Shown here piece after piece: positions 38,868 through 48,005 of a DNA stretch of 52,482 nucleotides. Source of the stretch: a virus (Duplodnaviria; Caudoviricetes). The notes beneath the pieces were generated by a model that saw only the letters and a list, made by a program, of their open reading frames with translations, made no database searches and was not told the DNA's origin. Every line of letters starts with the position of its first letter. Within the stretch, counting starts at the first letter, position 1. The stretch covers positions 1 to 52,482 of the IMG/VR virus record IMGVR_UViG_3300039159_000058, one strand, 5' to 3'. Both the position numbers and the translations under genes were made by a program.

Positions 38868-40436
38868 TTATTGATTCTTAAGCATGTCCAGCAAAATGTT
38901 CTGCATGCTTTCTTTTTTATCGAGTCGTTTGTATATAAGCTCCTCGATAGGTGAGCCAGAGATATTGACGATTCGAGTCTTGGACTTTTGACCTATGCGT
39001 AATATCCTAGCGTTGGCTTGCCCGTAGGTATCTAAACTGTAGATAGGTGCGTACCAAATTATGGTGGTGGCTTTTGTGAGCGTTAGTCCATGGCTCATCG
39101 TGCTAGGGTTAGCTACTAGTACGTGCGGGCTACTGTGGTTTTGAAAGTTTTTAAATATTTCATCTCGCTCAGCTTTTGGTGTCGCTCCTTGCACGACGCC
39201 TACTTCCCATTCGGTGCTGAGTTCCCGCGCTACGTACTCTAGAGTTCCGGTTAGAGGCACAAACACAATCACCTTACTTTCAGATTCGGCTATGGTCTCT
39301 TTGAGCAGTTCTATGCGCGCAGGAGCGGGTATGACTACGCGTCCTCCGTCTTTTGTATACGCACAACCACACGCAATTTGTAAAAGCTTAGAGGCTTTAA
39401 TAGCTTCATTTACTGCGAGAATTTCTCCCCCGCCGTATTCGGTTTTAAGTTTTGTTAGCATCATCTTGTAGAGCTTTTTCTGCTCATCAGACATCTCCGC
39501 GTAACGATTAATAATTACTTGCTCAGGAAGCTCTGTCACCTCATCTAAGGTGTAACGAATAGAGGGCTGCATCCACTGGAGTACTGTCTCGGTTGCGTTT
39601 GCTTTGGGCTCCCATTTAAAAGGTCCTTTTTGTGTCATGAGTAAATCTCTAGCAGAACCAAAGTATTTAGGCACATCTTTGCGATTAGGTACAACTAATA
39701 CGCACTGCGCCCAAGCATCTGTTGGTCCATTCGGTGTGGGCATACCTGTGAGCCCCCATACACGCCTTGCTATTTGTTTGTTCGCAATAACGTTCATTGA
39801 TTTAAAGCGTGTCGTTTGAGCGTTACGAAACATAGCAACTTCATCAATAATCACAACGTCTATATCTTTACGGGTCGCTAGTTGCTTCTCGATGATACGT
39901 ATGCCGTCGGTGTTTATGATGTATATGTCTGCGCTTAGATCTGCTAGAAGTTTGTGACGTCGACTAGCCGAGCCATATAAGATGTTGGTCTGTAAGTGTG
40001 GAAAGGTGCGAAACGTTTCATCGGCCCACGTGCGTTGCATCGTTGACAGCGGGCACACGATTAGCATCTTGTTAACTTGCTTAGCCTTACGTAGGTAATC
40101 GTACGCCCACAGAGAGCTTACGGTCTTACCCGTGCCCATAGCGTTATTCACAAAGCACCGTGGGTTAGAGGACACAAAGCATGCCGTGTTTAGCTGGGTC
40201 GCGTATGGGTCGTAGCGCCCACTTGCCTTAGGCCATTCGTAGTGAATACGCATTGGGTCTAGAACATCAAACCCAAGTAAGCGCAACACTCTTGTTTCAT
40301 CAGGTCGATGCGGAATTGCTACATATTGTTGTCCATTGCGGCTAAAAACTTTTGCCGTGGGAATCACTGTCGTAATTCGTTCTGGATGTTTAAGCTTAAG
40401 GACAATGGCTTTCTTGTTTTTAACTATAGTAACCAT
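38868..40436 (-). CDS. SNF2-family (SF2) helicase
   Basis: MGTGKT, IIDE, LTGMP, HGLTL, QANARILRIGQ. Confidence 0.92.
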   Translation of the reverse strand: MVTIVKNKKAIVLKLKHPERITTVIPTAKVFSRNGQQYVAIPHRPDETRVLRLLGFDVLDPMRIHYEWPKASGRYDPYATQLNTACFVSSNPRCFVNNAMGTGKTVSSLWAYDYLRKAKQVNKMLIVCPLSTMQRTWADETFRTFPHLQTNILYGSASRRHKLLADLSADIYIINTDGIRIIEKQLATRKDIDVVIIDEVAMFRNAQTTRFKSMNVIANKQIARRVWGLTGMPTPNGPTDAWAQCVLVVPNRKDVPKYFGSARDLLMTQKGPFKWEPKANATETVLQWMQPSIRYTLDEVTELPEQVIINRYAEMSDEQKKLYKMMLTKLKTEYGGGEILAVNEAIKASKLLQIACGCAYTKDGGRVVIPAPARIELLKETIAESESKVIVFVPLTGTLEYVARELSTEWEVGVVQGATPKAERDEIFKNFQNHSSPHVLVANPSTMSHGLTLTKATTIIWYAPIYSLDTYGQANARILRIGQKSKTRIVNISGSPIEELIYKRLDKKESMQNILLDMLKNQ

Positions 40437-40722
40437 TGTGATCTATCCTTACTGCGGTTCTCATTACGTCTATTTTCTGTCGCAAACTTAGAACGTTCGG
40501 TAGCGTAATGTCTAAGACGATTATTTTATTAACGTTACGTCCGATGTACCTACTTGCATCTAGGCTCGGATTAGGCGTCACCTCTATTGTACTAATCCCG
40601 ATGACTCCCATTAAAAACCAAGTGTTCGTTTGTTCCTGCGGTTTAACAATTTTTAATATGGCGGTAGTGTCTAACTTCTTTTGATGTTCTATCCATAAGC
40701 TTTTGGGTTGTGTTTGCGCCAT
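40420..40722 (-). CDS. Hypothetical protein
   Basis: Fills the gap between HNH and helicase genes with overlaps; start uncertain. Confidence 0.5.
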   Translation of the reverse strand: MAQTQPKSLWIEHQKKLDTTAILKIVKPQEQTNTWFLMGVIGISTIEVTPNPSLDASRYIGRNVNKIIVLDITLPNVLSLRQKIDVMRTAVRIDHNGYYS

Positions 40723-40955
40723 GCACGGTTCTCCTTGGCATCTACTACTCGTAAGTTACTCTTGGCGTTTGTGCCCCCACTGTCTAACATTTTTTTATGG
40801 TCTACATCTTTACCGTCGCCTTTAGTGACAAGCCCTGCCTTAAGGGCCTCGCCTCGGGCTTTATTACGCGCTACGCGTTTAGCAACCTGAGCGGGCTGTG
40901 CTTGATAGGCATCGTCTGCTTTTTTCATAGCAGGGGTTCTCTTATTCGCGGTCAT
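40689..40955 (-). CDS. Small HNH endonuclease-like protein
   Basis: DVDHKK.L..GG.N..SNLRV....N motif. Confidence 0.8.
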   Translation of the reverse strand: MTANKRTPAMKKADDAYQAQPAQVAKRVARNKARGEALKAGLVTKGDGKDVDHKKMLDSGGTNAKSNLRVVDAKENRAWRKHNPKAYG

Positions 40956-41238
40956 TTAAATACTCCAGTAAAGGTTCTACGCTATCGACAACTAATACCG
41001 TGCCCCCACGAGAGCGGATCTCTTCGTGGCAGTTGCTTTGGTTAGCTGTTAGTGTGTTTAGTTTACCCGGTGCTTTAGTTTCTATGAAAAAAACATGATC
41101 ACCTGGGGCTATACACACAATATCAGGCACTCCATGGGTGGAGTACATCCCACCTATGGGGCTAAAGTGCCAAATATTACGACTTGTTAGTAACTTCTTA
41201 CAAGCTAACTTAACTCGTCCTTCCGGGGTCTGAGCCAT
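40942..41238 (-). CDS. VRR-NUC domain nuclease (resolvase-like)
   Basis: PEG.V, GVPD, FIETKAP, Q motifs. Confidence 0.88.
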   Translation of the reverse strand: MAQTPEGRVKLACKKLLTSRNIWHFSPIGGMYSTHGVPDIVCIAPGDHVFFIETKAPGKLNTLTANQSNCHEEIRSRGGTVLVVDSVEPLLEYLNDRE

Positions 41239-41371
41239 TATCTGCTATGTATCCTAGTAAATTCTCTATTCGTTGTGCCAATTCTAATTCCAGTACTGTT
41301 GACTTTTTATTTTGCTGCACAAAAGCCATTAATAACTCCGTTTCGACTGCGGAATACTCGTTTGTGTTCAT
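41210..41371 (-). CDS. Small hypothetical protein
   Basis: Likely start at MNTNEY immediately after the nuclease stop; LELELAQRIE helix. Confidence 0.55.
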   Translation of the reverse strand: MNTNEYSAVETELLMAFVQQNKKSTVLELELAQRIENLLGYIADNGSDPGRTS

Positions 41372-41372
41372 G

Positions 41373-42017
41373 TTACGTTTTCCCGTTGTGTTCGCACTGC
41401 AAGACATGACACCACTGTTTACATAAGCCAGAGGGTTTAGCGGGCCACTTGTTACTTTCTTGCGAATGTTCAATCTTTAGTGTTGTAGGTATGAATTGAA
41501 GCCATATCTTTGATATGTCACTTCGTGTGAGTACGTCTCTATCAATTTTTTTATCCTTAAGCCAAACAAAAGCTGTATGTACCGTTTGCACCTCGGGGTA
41601 GTGTGCAAATACATAAGCAGCGTAGAGGCTTAGCTGATCGCTGAGCTTGCGCTTGCCTGTCTTATAGTCGGCAACAATTGCAGTATTGCCACTAACTACT
41701 AACAAATCTACTATACCTCGAGACCATGCGTTGTCCCAATCACAGGGCGCAAAATGCTTATTAACTGCTAGTTTTATTTCCGTAAATTTATCGCCTTTAA
41801 TGGCTTTAATTTTGTTTAAAAAAGACTCCCAGCCTTGCATCTCTTTTGGTAACGAGGTATCTAACTTTACCGCTAACTCAAAAGCTTCGTGTACCTTTTC
41901 CCCCCAAATGGTTTGCTCCGAGGGAAGATCTTTAACATCTTTTAAAACTCGTAAGTGAAAGTATTGTCTCGGACATGTTAGATACTTTTCAAGGCTTGAG
42001 TAGGTCCATGCCGACAT
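41373..42017 (-). CDS. PD-(D/E)XK Cas4/RecB-like exonuclease
   Basis: SSL...CPR, G..VH, GIVD, DYKTG, QL.LYA, C-terminal CxxC..C cluster. Confidence 0.88.
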   Translation of the reverse strand: MSAWTYSSLEKYLTCPRQYFHLRVLKDVKDLPSEQTIWGEKVHEAFELAVKLDTSLPKEMQGWESFLNKIKAIKGDKFTEIKLAVNKHFAPCDWDNAWSRGIVDLLVVSGNTAIVADYKTGKRKLSDQLSLYAAYVFAHYPEVQTVHTAFVWLKDKKIDRDVLTRSDISKIWLQFIPTTLKIEHSQESNKWPAKPSGLCKQWCHVLQCEHNGKT

Positions 42018-42075
42018 GTAAAACCTCTATGAAAATCCCCTCCTCCTTACGTATTTAAGTCGAATGGGTGTGTGT

Positions 42076-42120
42076 ATATTAGCTAACAAATGAGGCTTAG
42101 TCAACGCATACTTACTAACT
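42076..42120 (-). promoter_or_regulatory. Sigma70 promoter TTGACT-17-TAATAT overlapped by operator-like motifs
   Basis: -35 at 42099-42104, -10 at 42076-42081; motifs at 42077-42088 and 42109-42120. Confidence 0.7.
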
Positions 42121-42606
42121 AAATTCAGAAATCGATAAATCAAGTCCTTGGTCGATAAGCACCCAGTACTCTTTTATTATTTCATTACGCTGATCCCACG
42201 TTAGCTCGTCGTATTGCGCAATAACTTCGTCACGGCCCTTGTTCCAGCTGCTATATCTTTCTAATAAAAACAAACGTCTTTCTTCGTGGCTTAATTTTTT
42301 GTTCGTAATCAGCTCTTCTACTCGAACAGCCTTTGCGTCTCGACGACGTTTAGTGGCCATGAACTCGCGTTGATAGTCTGCTTTGTCAGACCTATGGCTT
42401 TTGATAACTTCATACAAATTGTCCAGTGCTTTTTTGTTTTGAAAACCAATGAGCACTAACTCGTTTAAAGTTTCTTGCTCTCCCTCAAAGGAATTTAGAT
42501 TTGGTTTTTGCGACGCGGCAACAATCTTCCTCCAAAGTTGTGCGTAGTACTTTTGGGTTAACAAGTAGTTAATTGCAACTTTTGCTCTTTCGACGTTGTA
42601 CTCCAT
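42115..42606 (-). CDS. Hypothetical helical protein
   Basis: 163 aa with GAGG SD; basic YQREFMATKRRR segment. Confidence 0.7.
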   Translation of the reverse strand: MEYNVERAKVAINYLLTQKYYAQLWRKIVAASQKPNLNSFEGEQETLNELVLIGFQNKKALDNLYEVIKSHRSDKADYQREFMATKRRRDAKAVRVEELITNKKLSHEERRLFLLERYSSWNKGRDEVIAQYDELTWDQRNEIIKEYWVLIDQGLDLSISEFS

Positions 42607-42711
42607 GAAAAAACCTCTTTAGTGATGTGATGTAATTAGTAGTTAGTATACACATACACACGTTAGTAAGTAGATATTAGCCTATGTTTACTATTAATTT
42701 TTATTTTTTCA

Positions 42712-44556
42712 TTATTTCGCATCTCCGTAGTTGTCTGCGATGCTGCCCTCACAAGCCACAGGTAAACCCTTGGCCCACTTAGGTGCTGTACTCATAATTG
42801 CAATCAACTCATCAAGGGTCTCTTGCGCTTTGTCCTGCGGGACAACGAGTACTGTCTCGTCGTGTACTGATAACACCGTTCGGTAATGTTGTCGCGGTGT
42901 GTCTTGGCTCCTCATTATGTGGTCTATGTTGCACATCTGTGTGAAGACTACGATACGTGCTAGGGCTTGGACAATGTTTTCTACCGCAGCTGCGCCGTAG
43001 AGTTTCTTCACTCCGTACTTACTGTCAAACAAAAATCCACGCCCCTCAGGGTCTTGCCTAAGCCCTGGGTACTTAATCAACATGCCGTTAGGTAATATGA
43101 ATCCATCGCCATTGCCTTTAAGCCCCATTACACCTACCTCTACGTTCTTATCCATGACCATTAAGCCTAGAGCTTTATCGACTTCTTTCCACAGGGCTAC
43201 GATCTTTGAGTTCGTTGTGCGGTAGGTTTTGATGATCTGCTCGGCTTCTGGTTCAGTTAACTTCACGCCTTGCAACCCGATGTACTCGCGAAACTTATTA
43301 GCTGACATGCCGTAGCCACAGCCAAGCACCACTACCTTGGCAATAAAACGTTGTGCGGGGTCAACTTCTTCGATCGGTATGTTGTATAACTTTGTGGCGG
43401 TTAGCTTGTACACATCCTGCTTGTCGGCAAAGGCTTTTACTAAGTCTTCTTGCCCGGCCAACCACGCAACGATTCGCGCTTCTATCTGGGAGCTATCGCA
43501 CACCACTAATTTGTGCCCCTCTGGAGGCCTAATCGCACGTCTAATCGTGTTTTTACCCGGCTTACTTGGTAGATTCTGAAGGTTTAATTTTTCCCCTCCA
43601 GCACATCGACCTGTCGCAGCTCCGTAGTACTGGAGCATGATCGGTAAGGTGCCTCGTTGAGATACGCCCATGAGTGACTGCGTTCGTGTTTCTTCAAGTG
43701 TTGACTTAACCCCAAGACGGGCTGCTACAACGGCTTGCACACGGGGGTCATCATGCTCTTGTAATGCCTTAAATGCGGGGTCTGTTTTTGCAAAAGCAAA
43801 CGTAGTTTTTCCGTTGGCTGGTGACTGCTTAGTCGGGGGCACAACGCCAAGCTTCTCAAGGAGCGCTGCAAACTTAGGGTTAGACATTAGTAATTCTTTG
43901 TCTACTGCGCGAACCCTATTGAGTAACCTCTCTTTGTCAGTCTGAACCATCTCTAGGTGCTGCGCTAGTAAGTCGTAATCTAGGATAAGCACTGGGGTTG
44001 TGTACATGCGTAAAAGTAAATCGATTATGTATAGCTCGATCTTTGGGATATGGAGTGCGAGCTTGCCGTATAAAGCTCTTGTGAGCGCCACGTCGTTCTT
44101 ACAATACTCACCGTACTGAGCGAGCTCTGTGCCACTAAAGAAGCCACGACGTTTACCTAACGCTGCAATAACCTCTTTACCCTTTTCACCTAACTCGTAG
44201 TGCGTAGCCAGCTTAGCTAAAGAGCCACCCACGATAGTGTGAGCATGCAAGGGTCTAGCCATTGACAGTGTATCTAAATACACCTTGGGCACAATGCCGT
44301 AGCGCCACGACAGGATAGCGCCGTCAAAGGCCGTGTGATGGCACAGTAGGGTGTGTCTAGGTAGATCTAGCTCGTGCAAGCGCGCCGTGATGTACTCATC
44401 GGTGCCGGATACCCACACGGGGTCTTGTTCGTCTATGCAGTAGGCAAAGCCAATGGTTTGAAACTGTTTGTCACGGATGTACGACTCCGTGGTCATCTTT
44501 GATAGCGAAAATTGCTGCGAGTAAAAGGTTTCAAAATCTAGTGTAATAACTGACAT
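42712..44556 (-). CDS. polA: DNA polymerase family A with 3'-5' exonuclease
   Basis: LDFET exo I, DSSQIEAR motif A, RFIAKVVVLGCGYG motif B, VHDE motif C. Confidence 0.95.
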   Translation of the reverse strand: MSVITLDFETFYSQQFSLSKMTTESYIRDKQFQTIGFAYCIDEQDPVWVSGTDEYITARLHELDLPRHTLLCHHTAFDGAILSWRYGIVPKVYLDTLSMARPLHAHTIVGGSLAKLATHYELGEKGKEVIAALGKRRGFFSGTELAQYGEYCKNDVALTRALYGKLALHIPKIELYIIDLLLRMYTTPVLILDYDLLAQHLEMVQTDKERLLNRVRAVDKELLMSNPKFAALLEKLGVVPPTKQSPANGKTTFAFAKTDPAFKALQEHDDPRVQAVVAARLGVKSTLEETRTQSLMGVSQRGTLPIMLQYYGAATGRCAGGEKLNLQNLPSKPGKNTIRRAIRPPEGHKLVVCDSSQIEARIVAWLAGQEDLVKAFADKQDVYKLTATKLYNIPIEEVDPAQRFIAKVVVLGCGYGMSANKFREYIGLQGVKLTEPEAEQIIKTYRTTNSKIVALWKEVDKALGLMVMDKNVEVGVMGLKGNGDGFILPNGMLIKYPGLRQDPEGRGFLFDSKYGVKKLYGAAAVENIVQALARIVVFTQMCNIDHIMRSQDTPRQHYRTVLSVHDETVLVVPQDKAQETLDELIAIMSTAPKWAKGLPVACEGSIADNYGDAK

Positions 44557-44834
44557 TATTGCCCCTCGGCTAGTCGTGCTTCGGCTTTGAGCGCTGCGTA
44601 AGCGATGCAGTCCTCAAGGGAATCTATGTGTGCTTTGCTGCGCTGCCTGTCACGTACGTCTTTAAGTACCTGGAGCAACAGCCAGCCTTCTGACTCACTT
44701 AAATCTCTATCCGTAATTGTGTTAAAGGCTTGGACTGCGCGCCCCATCGAGCGTTCACCCTCGGGCTTGTCGTACTGTTGCCCGCGATCTTTCATGTGCT
44801 GTGAGGCTTTCTCTAGTAAATCATGTGCTCTCAT
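44556..44834 (-). CDS. DUF6378-like small protein
   Basis: DRGQQY...LK.VR...H.DS.ED...YAAL pattern. Confidence 0.7.
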   Translation of the reverse strand: MRAHDLLEKASQHMKDRGQQYDKPEGERSMGRAVQAFNTITDRDLSESEGWLLLQVLKDVRDRQRSKAHIDSLEDCIAYAALKAEARLAEGQ

Positions 44835-45046
44835 TTTGATCCCTTTTGTATGTGTGTAAATAAGTTAACTGTGGGAGAGTCGACTCGTTTGTATATACAT
44901 AGGAAAACTTTTTCAAACTCCACACGTGAGTCTTTTACAAACATCATGCTGTCTCTGTGTGTTACGTAAATCATTCCAAACGTTGCGCTGGGGTACTTTC
45001 TAAACCACAAGTAAAAAATACCTATTAGGTGTCTAGGTTGACTCAT
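44831..45046 (-). CDS. Hypothetical protein
   Basis: ATGA-coupled to both neighbours. Confidence 0.55.
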   Translation of the reverse strand: MSQPRHLIGIFYLWFRKYPSATFGMIYVTHRDSMMFVKDSRVEFEKVFLCIYKRVDSPTVNLFTHIQKGSK

Positions 45047-45300
45047 GTGTTCTTGTCCTTAAGTTGCCTCATTGTTTCTTCGATACTTTCGTAAGCACCT
45101 AGGTCCATCTCGAAAATATCTTTCACTTCTTGCTCCGTCAGATCAACCCACTCACGCTTTGACGGTGTTGTGTAAAGTGCAACGTCGCCACGTTCATAAT
45201 AAAGACCAAGGTTAGTTCGCCACTCTTTTGCTCCTGCTTGTTTAACCGCAAGCATGTAACTGATCTCTTTATCTTTTATGTACGCGACCGGATCGTTCAT
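45043..45300 (-). CDS. Hypothetical phage protein
   Basis: PVAY...LYT.P..REWV.LT..E pattern; coupled overlaps. Confidence 0.7.
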   Translation of the reverse strand: MNDPVAYIKDKEISYMLAVKQAGAKEWRTNLGLYYERGDVALYTTPSKREWVDLTEQEVKDIFEMDLGAYESIEETMRQLKDKNT

Positions 45301-45602
45301 TGTTCAAATTCCTTAGCTGACAGAAGGATTCTTTCGATTCGCGAATGTGGGTAATTACGCTTAGCTTCTTCGTTTGTATAAAATTTGTCAGTGATGCTAA
45401 AGGAACATCCACTCACAACACATCCGTTCATAAGTACGTGTTTGTATTTAGTAACTGGTTTTGGTTTAACCCGATACTCTACATCTTCGTACATCTCAGG
45501 TTGAGGAACATCGAGCCATCGGCCACAGGTTTCGTCATAAAACTGAATCACAGCACCATCAGCCCATTGCTTAATGAGGTTTGCGTGTTTATGTGGTTTC
45601 AT
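45297..45602 (-). CDS. Hypothetical phage protein
   Basis: KPHKHA.LIK.WADGA.IQ...EYRVKP pattern. Confidence 0.7.
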   Translation of the reverse strand: MKPHKHANLIKQWADGAVIQFYDETCGRWLDVPQPEMYEDVEYRVKPKPVTKYKHVLMNGCVVSGCSFSITDKFYTNEEAKRNYPHSRIERILLSAKEFEQ

Positions 45603-45772
45603 AGCTGAGCCTCTTTAATCTGAGCGTATGCGAATCGTGCCTCGGCATTGAACTGCCTTGTGGTGCACTCTGAAAAGTTTATGCACATCTCATCGGTTAC
45701 TTGGATAGCCATTTCATCTGAGCACCCTAGTAAATCTTTGACGTCTTGCATGTGGCCATTTAGCTTAAGCAT
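45599..45772 (-). CDS. Small hypothetical protein (57 aa), not in ORF track
   Basis: Manual translation MLKLNGHMQDVKDLLGCSDEMAIQ...IKEAQL; GGAG SD; ATGA overlap with the next gene. Confidence 0.6.
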   Translation of the reverse strand: MLKLNGHMQDVKDLLGCSDEMAIQVTDEMCINFSECTTRQFNAEARFAYAQIKEAQL

Positions 45773-46436
45773 GTTCTACTCCTTGTTGGACTGCGTTTAA
45801 TGCGTTTAAGGCATTGTTGTAAGTCTCTTCCTCTTCTATGTCTAATTCGTTACTCACGATGGTGTCCCATATCGCGTCGTCTGTGGTTAGGTCTTCGTGC
45901 TCACTTCTAAGCTCTTTGTATAAGTCTTCCATATGGCCTCTAAAACATTTCTCTATGTCCTCTTTGATGCTAGTAAAGTTAAACGTTGAAAGCACGGCTA
46001 ACCATGCGACTATTCTTATGTCGTCTAAGGGTAAGTCTGACTCGGGCATACAGAAATCTGCGTGTTGATAGACAAACTGTTCCTCATCACTGCCGTCGTT
46101 GTATGGTGTGTCGTGATTAAAATGCACAGAGTAGCTGTGGTAGTAATGCGATGTGTGATGGCAACTAACGCTCCACCATTTGCGCGCTAGTAAAATGACT
46201 GCTTCGTTAGTAACGCCCATATGCCGTAGGAATAAGTCCCAGTCATACACTCGACCTACAAAGCATGCACCGTCACCTTGGGAGTAAAACCCAGAGAAGT
46301 ACACCTCGTCTACATCGATACCGATTGCGCCCATGCGCTCGATAAAACTGCACTGCACAGAATCCCACCACCAATTGTTATCAACGTTTATGTCCCAATG
46401 TTTTTGTATGAGCCGGGCTTTTTGTACGCTGTCCAT
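45765..46436 (-). CDS. Acidic early protein with SGFxSQGDGA motif
   Basis: YFSGFYSQGDGACF motif of a mobile-element family of uncertain function. Confidence 0.7.
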   Translation of the reverse strand: MDSVQKARLIQKHWDINVDNNWWWDSVQCSFIERMGAIGIDVDEVYFSGFYSQGDGACFVGRVYDWDLFLRHMGVTNEAVILLARKWWSVSCHHTSHYYHSYSVHFNHDTPYNDGSDEEQFVYQHADFCMPESDLPLDDIRIVAWLAVLSTFNFTSIKEDIEKCFRGHMEDLYKELRSEHEDLTTDDAIWDTIVSNELDIEEEETYNNALNALNAVQQGVEHA

Positions 46437-46438
46437 GA

Positions 46439-46738
46439 TTAGTCCTCGTCATCAAATAAGTCCGTGGGTAAAGGTGCTAACGTGTTAAAGTTTTTATCAA
46501 ACAAATCATTATTTTTAAACCCTAGTATGGGTGGTACTACGGGTACAAGTAACTCATTAGATCTAGGTCCGCTTGAGGTTATAAATCCCTCAGGCTGCAT
46601 GTCCGCACCGTAGATGTAGGTGATGTATGGGGTAACGGTGGCAGACCCTGCGAACACACCGTCAGAGCCAAAGTAGTTATATACCTGAGCGTGAATAGCC
46701 GTAGGTACTAACGCAATCATTAGTAGTCGTTTGTACAT
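46439..46738 (-). CDS. Putative exported small protein
   Basis: Signal peptide MYKRLLMIALVPTAIHA|QV. Confidence 0.6.
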   Translation of the reverse strand: MYKRLLMIALVPTAIHAQVYNYFGSDGVFAGSATVTPYITYIYGADMQPEGFITSSGPRSNELLVPVVPPILGFKNNDLFDKNFNTLAPLPTDLFDDED

Positions 46739-46754
46739 TAGTGAACCTTTTAGG

Positions 46755-46922
46755 TTAGGGGAGTAATTTGTAGGGTGTTTTACGTACTTCTTTTTTAGCG
46801 TTCATAGCAATTAGCGTGGGCTGAGAGCTGGCTCTATTCGCAGATATCTGCATAGCGAGATCAAATGTGTAAGCGCGAGGTTTGGCTGCAATTTCTACCG
46901 GTTCTCGTAATTTTCTTTTCAC
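46755..46922 (-). CDS. Small basic hypothetical protein (55 aa), not in ORF track
   Basis: GTGA overlap with the sigma-r4 stop; GAGGA SD; fills the gap. Confidence 0.45.
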   Translation of the reverse strand: MKRKLREPVEIAAKPRAYTFDLAMQISANRASSQPTLIAMNAKKEVRKTPYKLLP

Positions 46923-47107
46923 AATAAATCCTCAATTCCTTTGATACCCTTTGCCGCTAATTTCTTTCGTAGCTTTTTAAGCGCCATCGTTTCAATTTGT
47001 CTGATCCGCTCACGAGTTACTTCGAAATCAATTGCTATTTCTTTAAGGGTCTTATGTGCGTCTTTCTCATACATGTGTGATTCTGCTCGTGCGTATTTGG
47101 CTGGCAT
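46919..47107 (-). CDS. Stand-alone sigma70 region 4 HTH protein
   Basis: TLKEIAIDFEVTRERIRQIETMALKKLR closely matches RpoD region 4.2; GGAG SD. Confidence 0.85.
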   Translation of the reverse strand: MPAKYARAESHMYEKDAHKTLKEIAIDFEVTRERIRQIETMALKKLRKKLAAKGIKGIEDLL

Positions 47108-47120
47108 ATATTCTCCATTT

Positions 47121-47155
47121 TGTTAGTAAGTATACACACGTTATGTTAGTTAGTA
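47121..47155. promoter_or_regulatory. Paired operator-like motif upstream of the sigma-r4 gene
   Basis: TGTTAGTAAGTA 47121-47132 and TGTTAGTTAGTA 47144-47155. Confidence 0.6.
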
Positions 47156-47191
47156 AATTAGCTATTCCCTCTATTTACCGCTTAATATTAC

Positions 47192-47299
47192 GGTGAGGCG
47201 GCTTGGCAATCTTGTGCGAGCTTGATGTCTATGAGGAACAAGCACGATTGCATAAAGGGCTGTGTGTCAAGTGGCTACCTTGACTAAGGATCTCTCACC
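47192..47299. ncRNA. Candidate structured RNA (multi-stem junction)
   Basis: Closing stem GGTGAG/CTCACC enclosing GCAATC..GTGC/GCAC.GATTGC and GTCAAG/CTTGAC hairpins. Confidence 0.35.
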
Positions 47300-47313
47300 A
47301 ACCCATGTCTGAA

Positions 47314-47985
47314 TTAGTCTCTATTACCTTGAAGTTTAGATAGTACTGCTGATGCCGTTAGCATGTCAGTGTCAATGTTAGCTAATACAGAAGCTGCTTT
47401 GCTTTCTTCTTTGACCTTAGTGATTTTTTCGTGTGTCTTTTTCACGTAAGACTCTGGTACGTACGAGGTAATGTGAGGCCATAACTTGATTGCTTCATTC
47501 AAAGACTTGCAGCTTTCTAAGAAGTTAGTAACTTCTCTATGTATTTTGGCGTATTTAATGTTTACGGCATCTCGCTCCTGCATCGCTTTAATTACTTCTT
47601 GTACTTGGGGGAATTCTTTGACGTCAATTACACGATGTATGACATACCCCCCTAACTTATGGTCGTATGTATTACGGGTGAGATCGAACGGAACTCTTAC
47701 CCCGTCGTCCTCAAAATTAAATGTCACTTTTCTATCCAGATAGGCGCCCATTACGAGCTCCCCGCCGTTGATAACTTTTGCTTCAATACTTGTGGTGCCC
47801 CAGAGCCACTCCTCTGGTATTTGGCGTCCTATATCTGCATGCTCACCAAAACGTAATTTTTCTATTAGTGCCGCTTCATGATCTGCTACAGAATACGTTG
47901 TTGGGGCAAGGACTTCTTGAGACTTTCTTAGCTTAATTACGACTTGTGTTTCATTTATAAGTCTTTGTGAGATAGCTACATACAT
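47314..47985 (-). CDS. Hypothetical protein, Nmad5-like C-terminus
   Basis: LESCKSLNEAIKLWP pattern; AAGGAG SD. Confidence 0.6.
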   Translation of the reverse strand: MYVAISQRLINETQVVIKLRKSQEVLAPTTYSVADHEAALIEKLRFGEHADIGRQIPEEWLWGTTSIEAKVINGGELVMGAYLDRKVTFNFEDDGVRVPFDLTRNTYDHKLGGYVIHRVIDVKEFPQVQEVIKAMQERDAVNIKYAKIHREVTNFLESCKSLNEAIKLWPHITSYVPESYVKKTHEKITKVKEESKAASVLANIDTDMLTASAVLSKLQGNRD

Positions 47986-48005
47986 GTTATTGCTCCTTGG
48001 GTGAG

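Noticed and set aside
41373-42017. CRISPR-associated Cas4
   Set aside because: No cas1/cas2 or array; this is the usual phage replication-module exonuclease
45765-46436. Toxin-antitoxin system
   Set aside because: The SGFxSQGDGA family is sometimes labelled antitoxin, but no recognisable toxin partner is adjacent and the sequence gives no support
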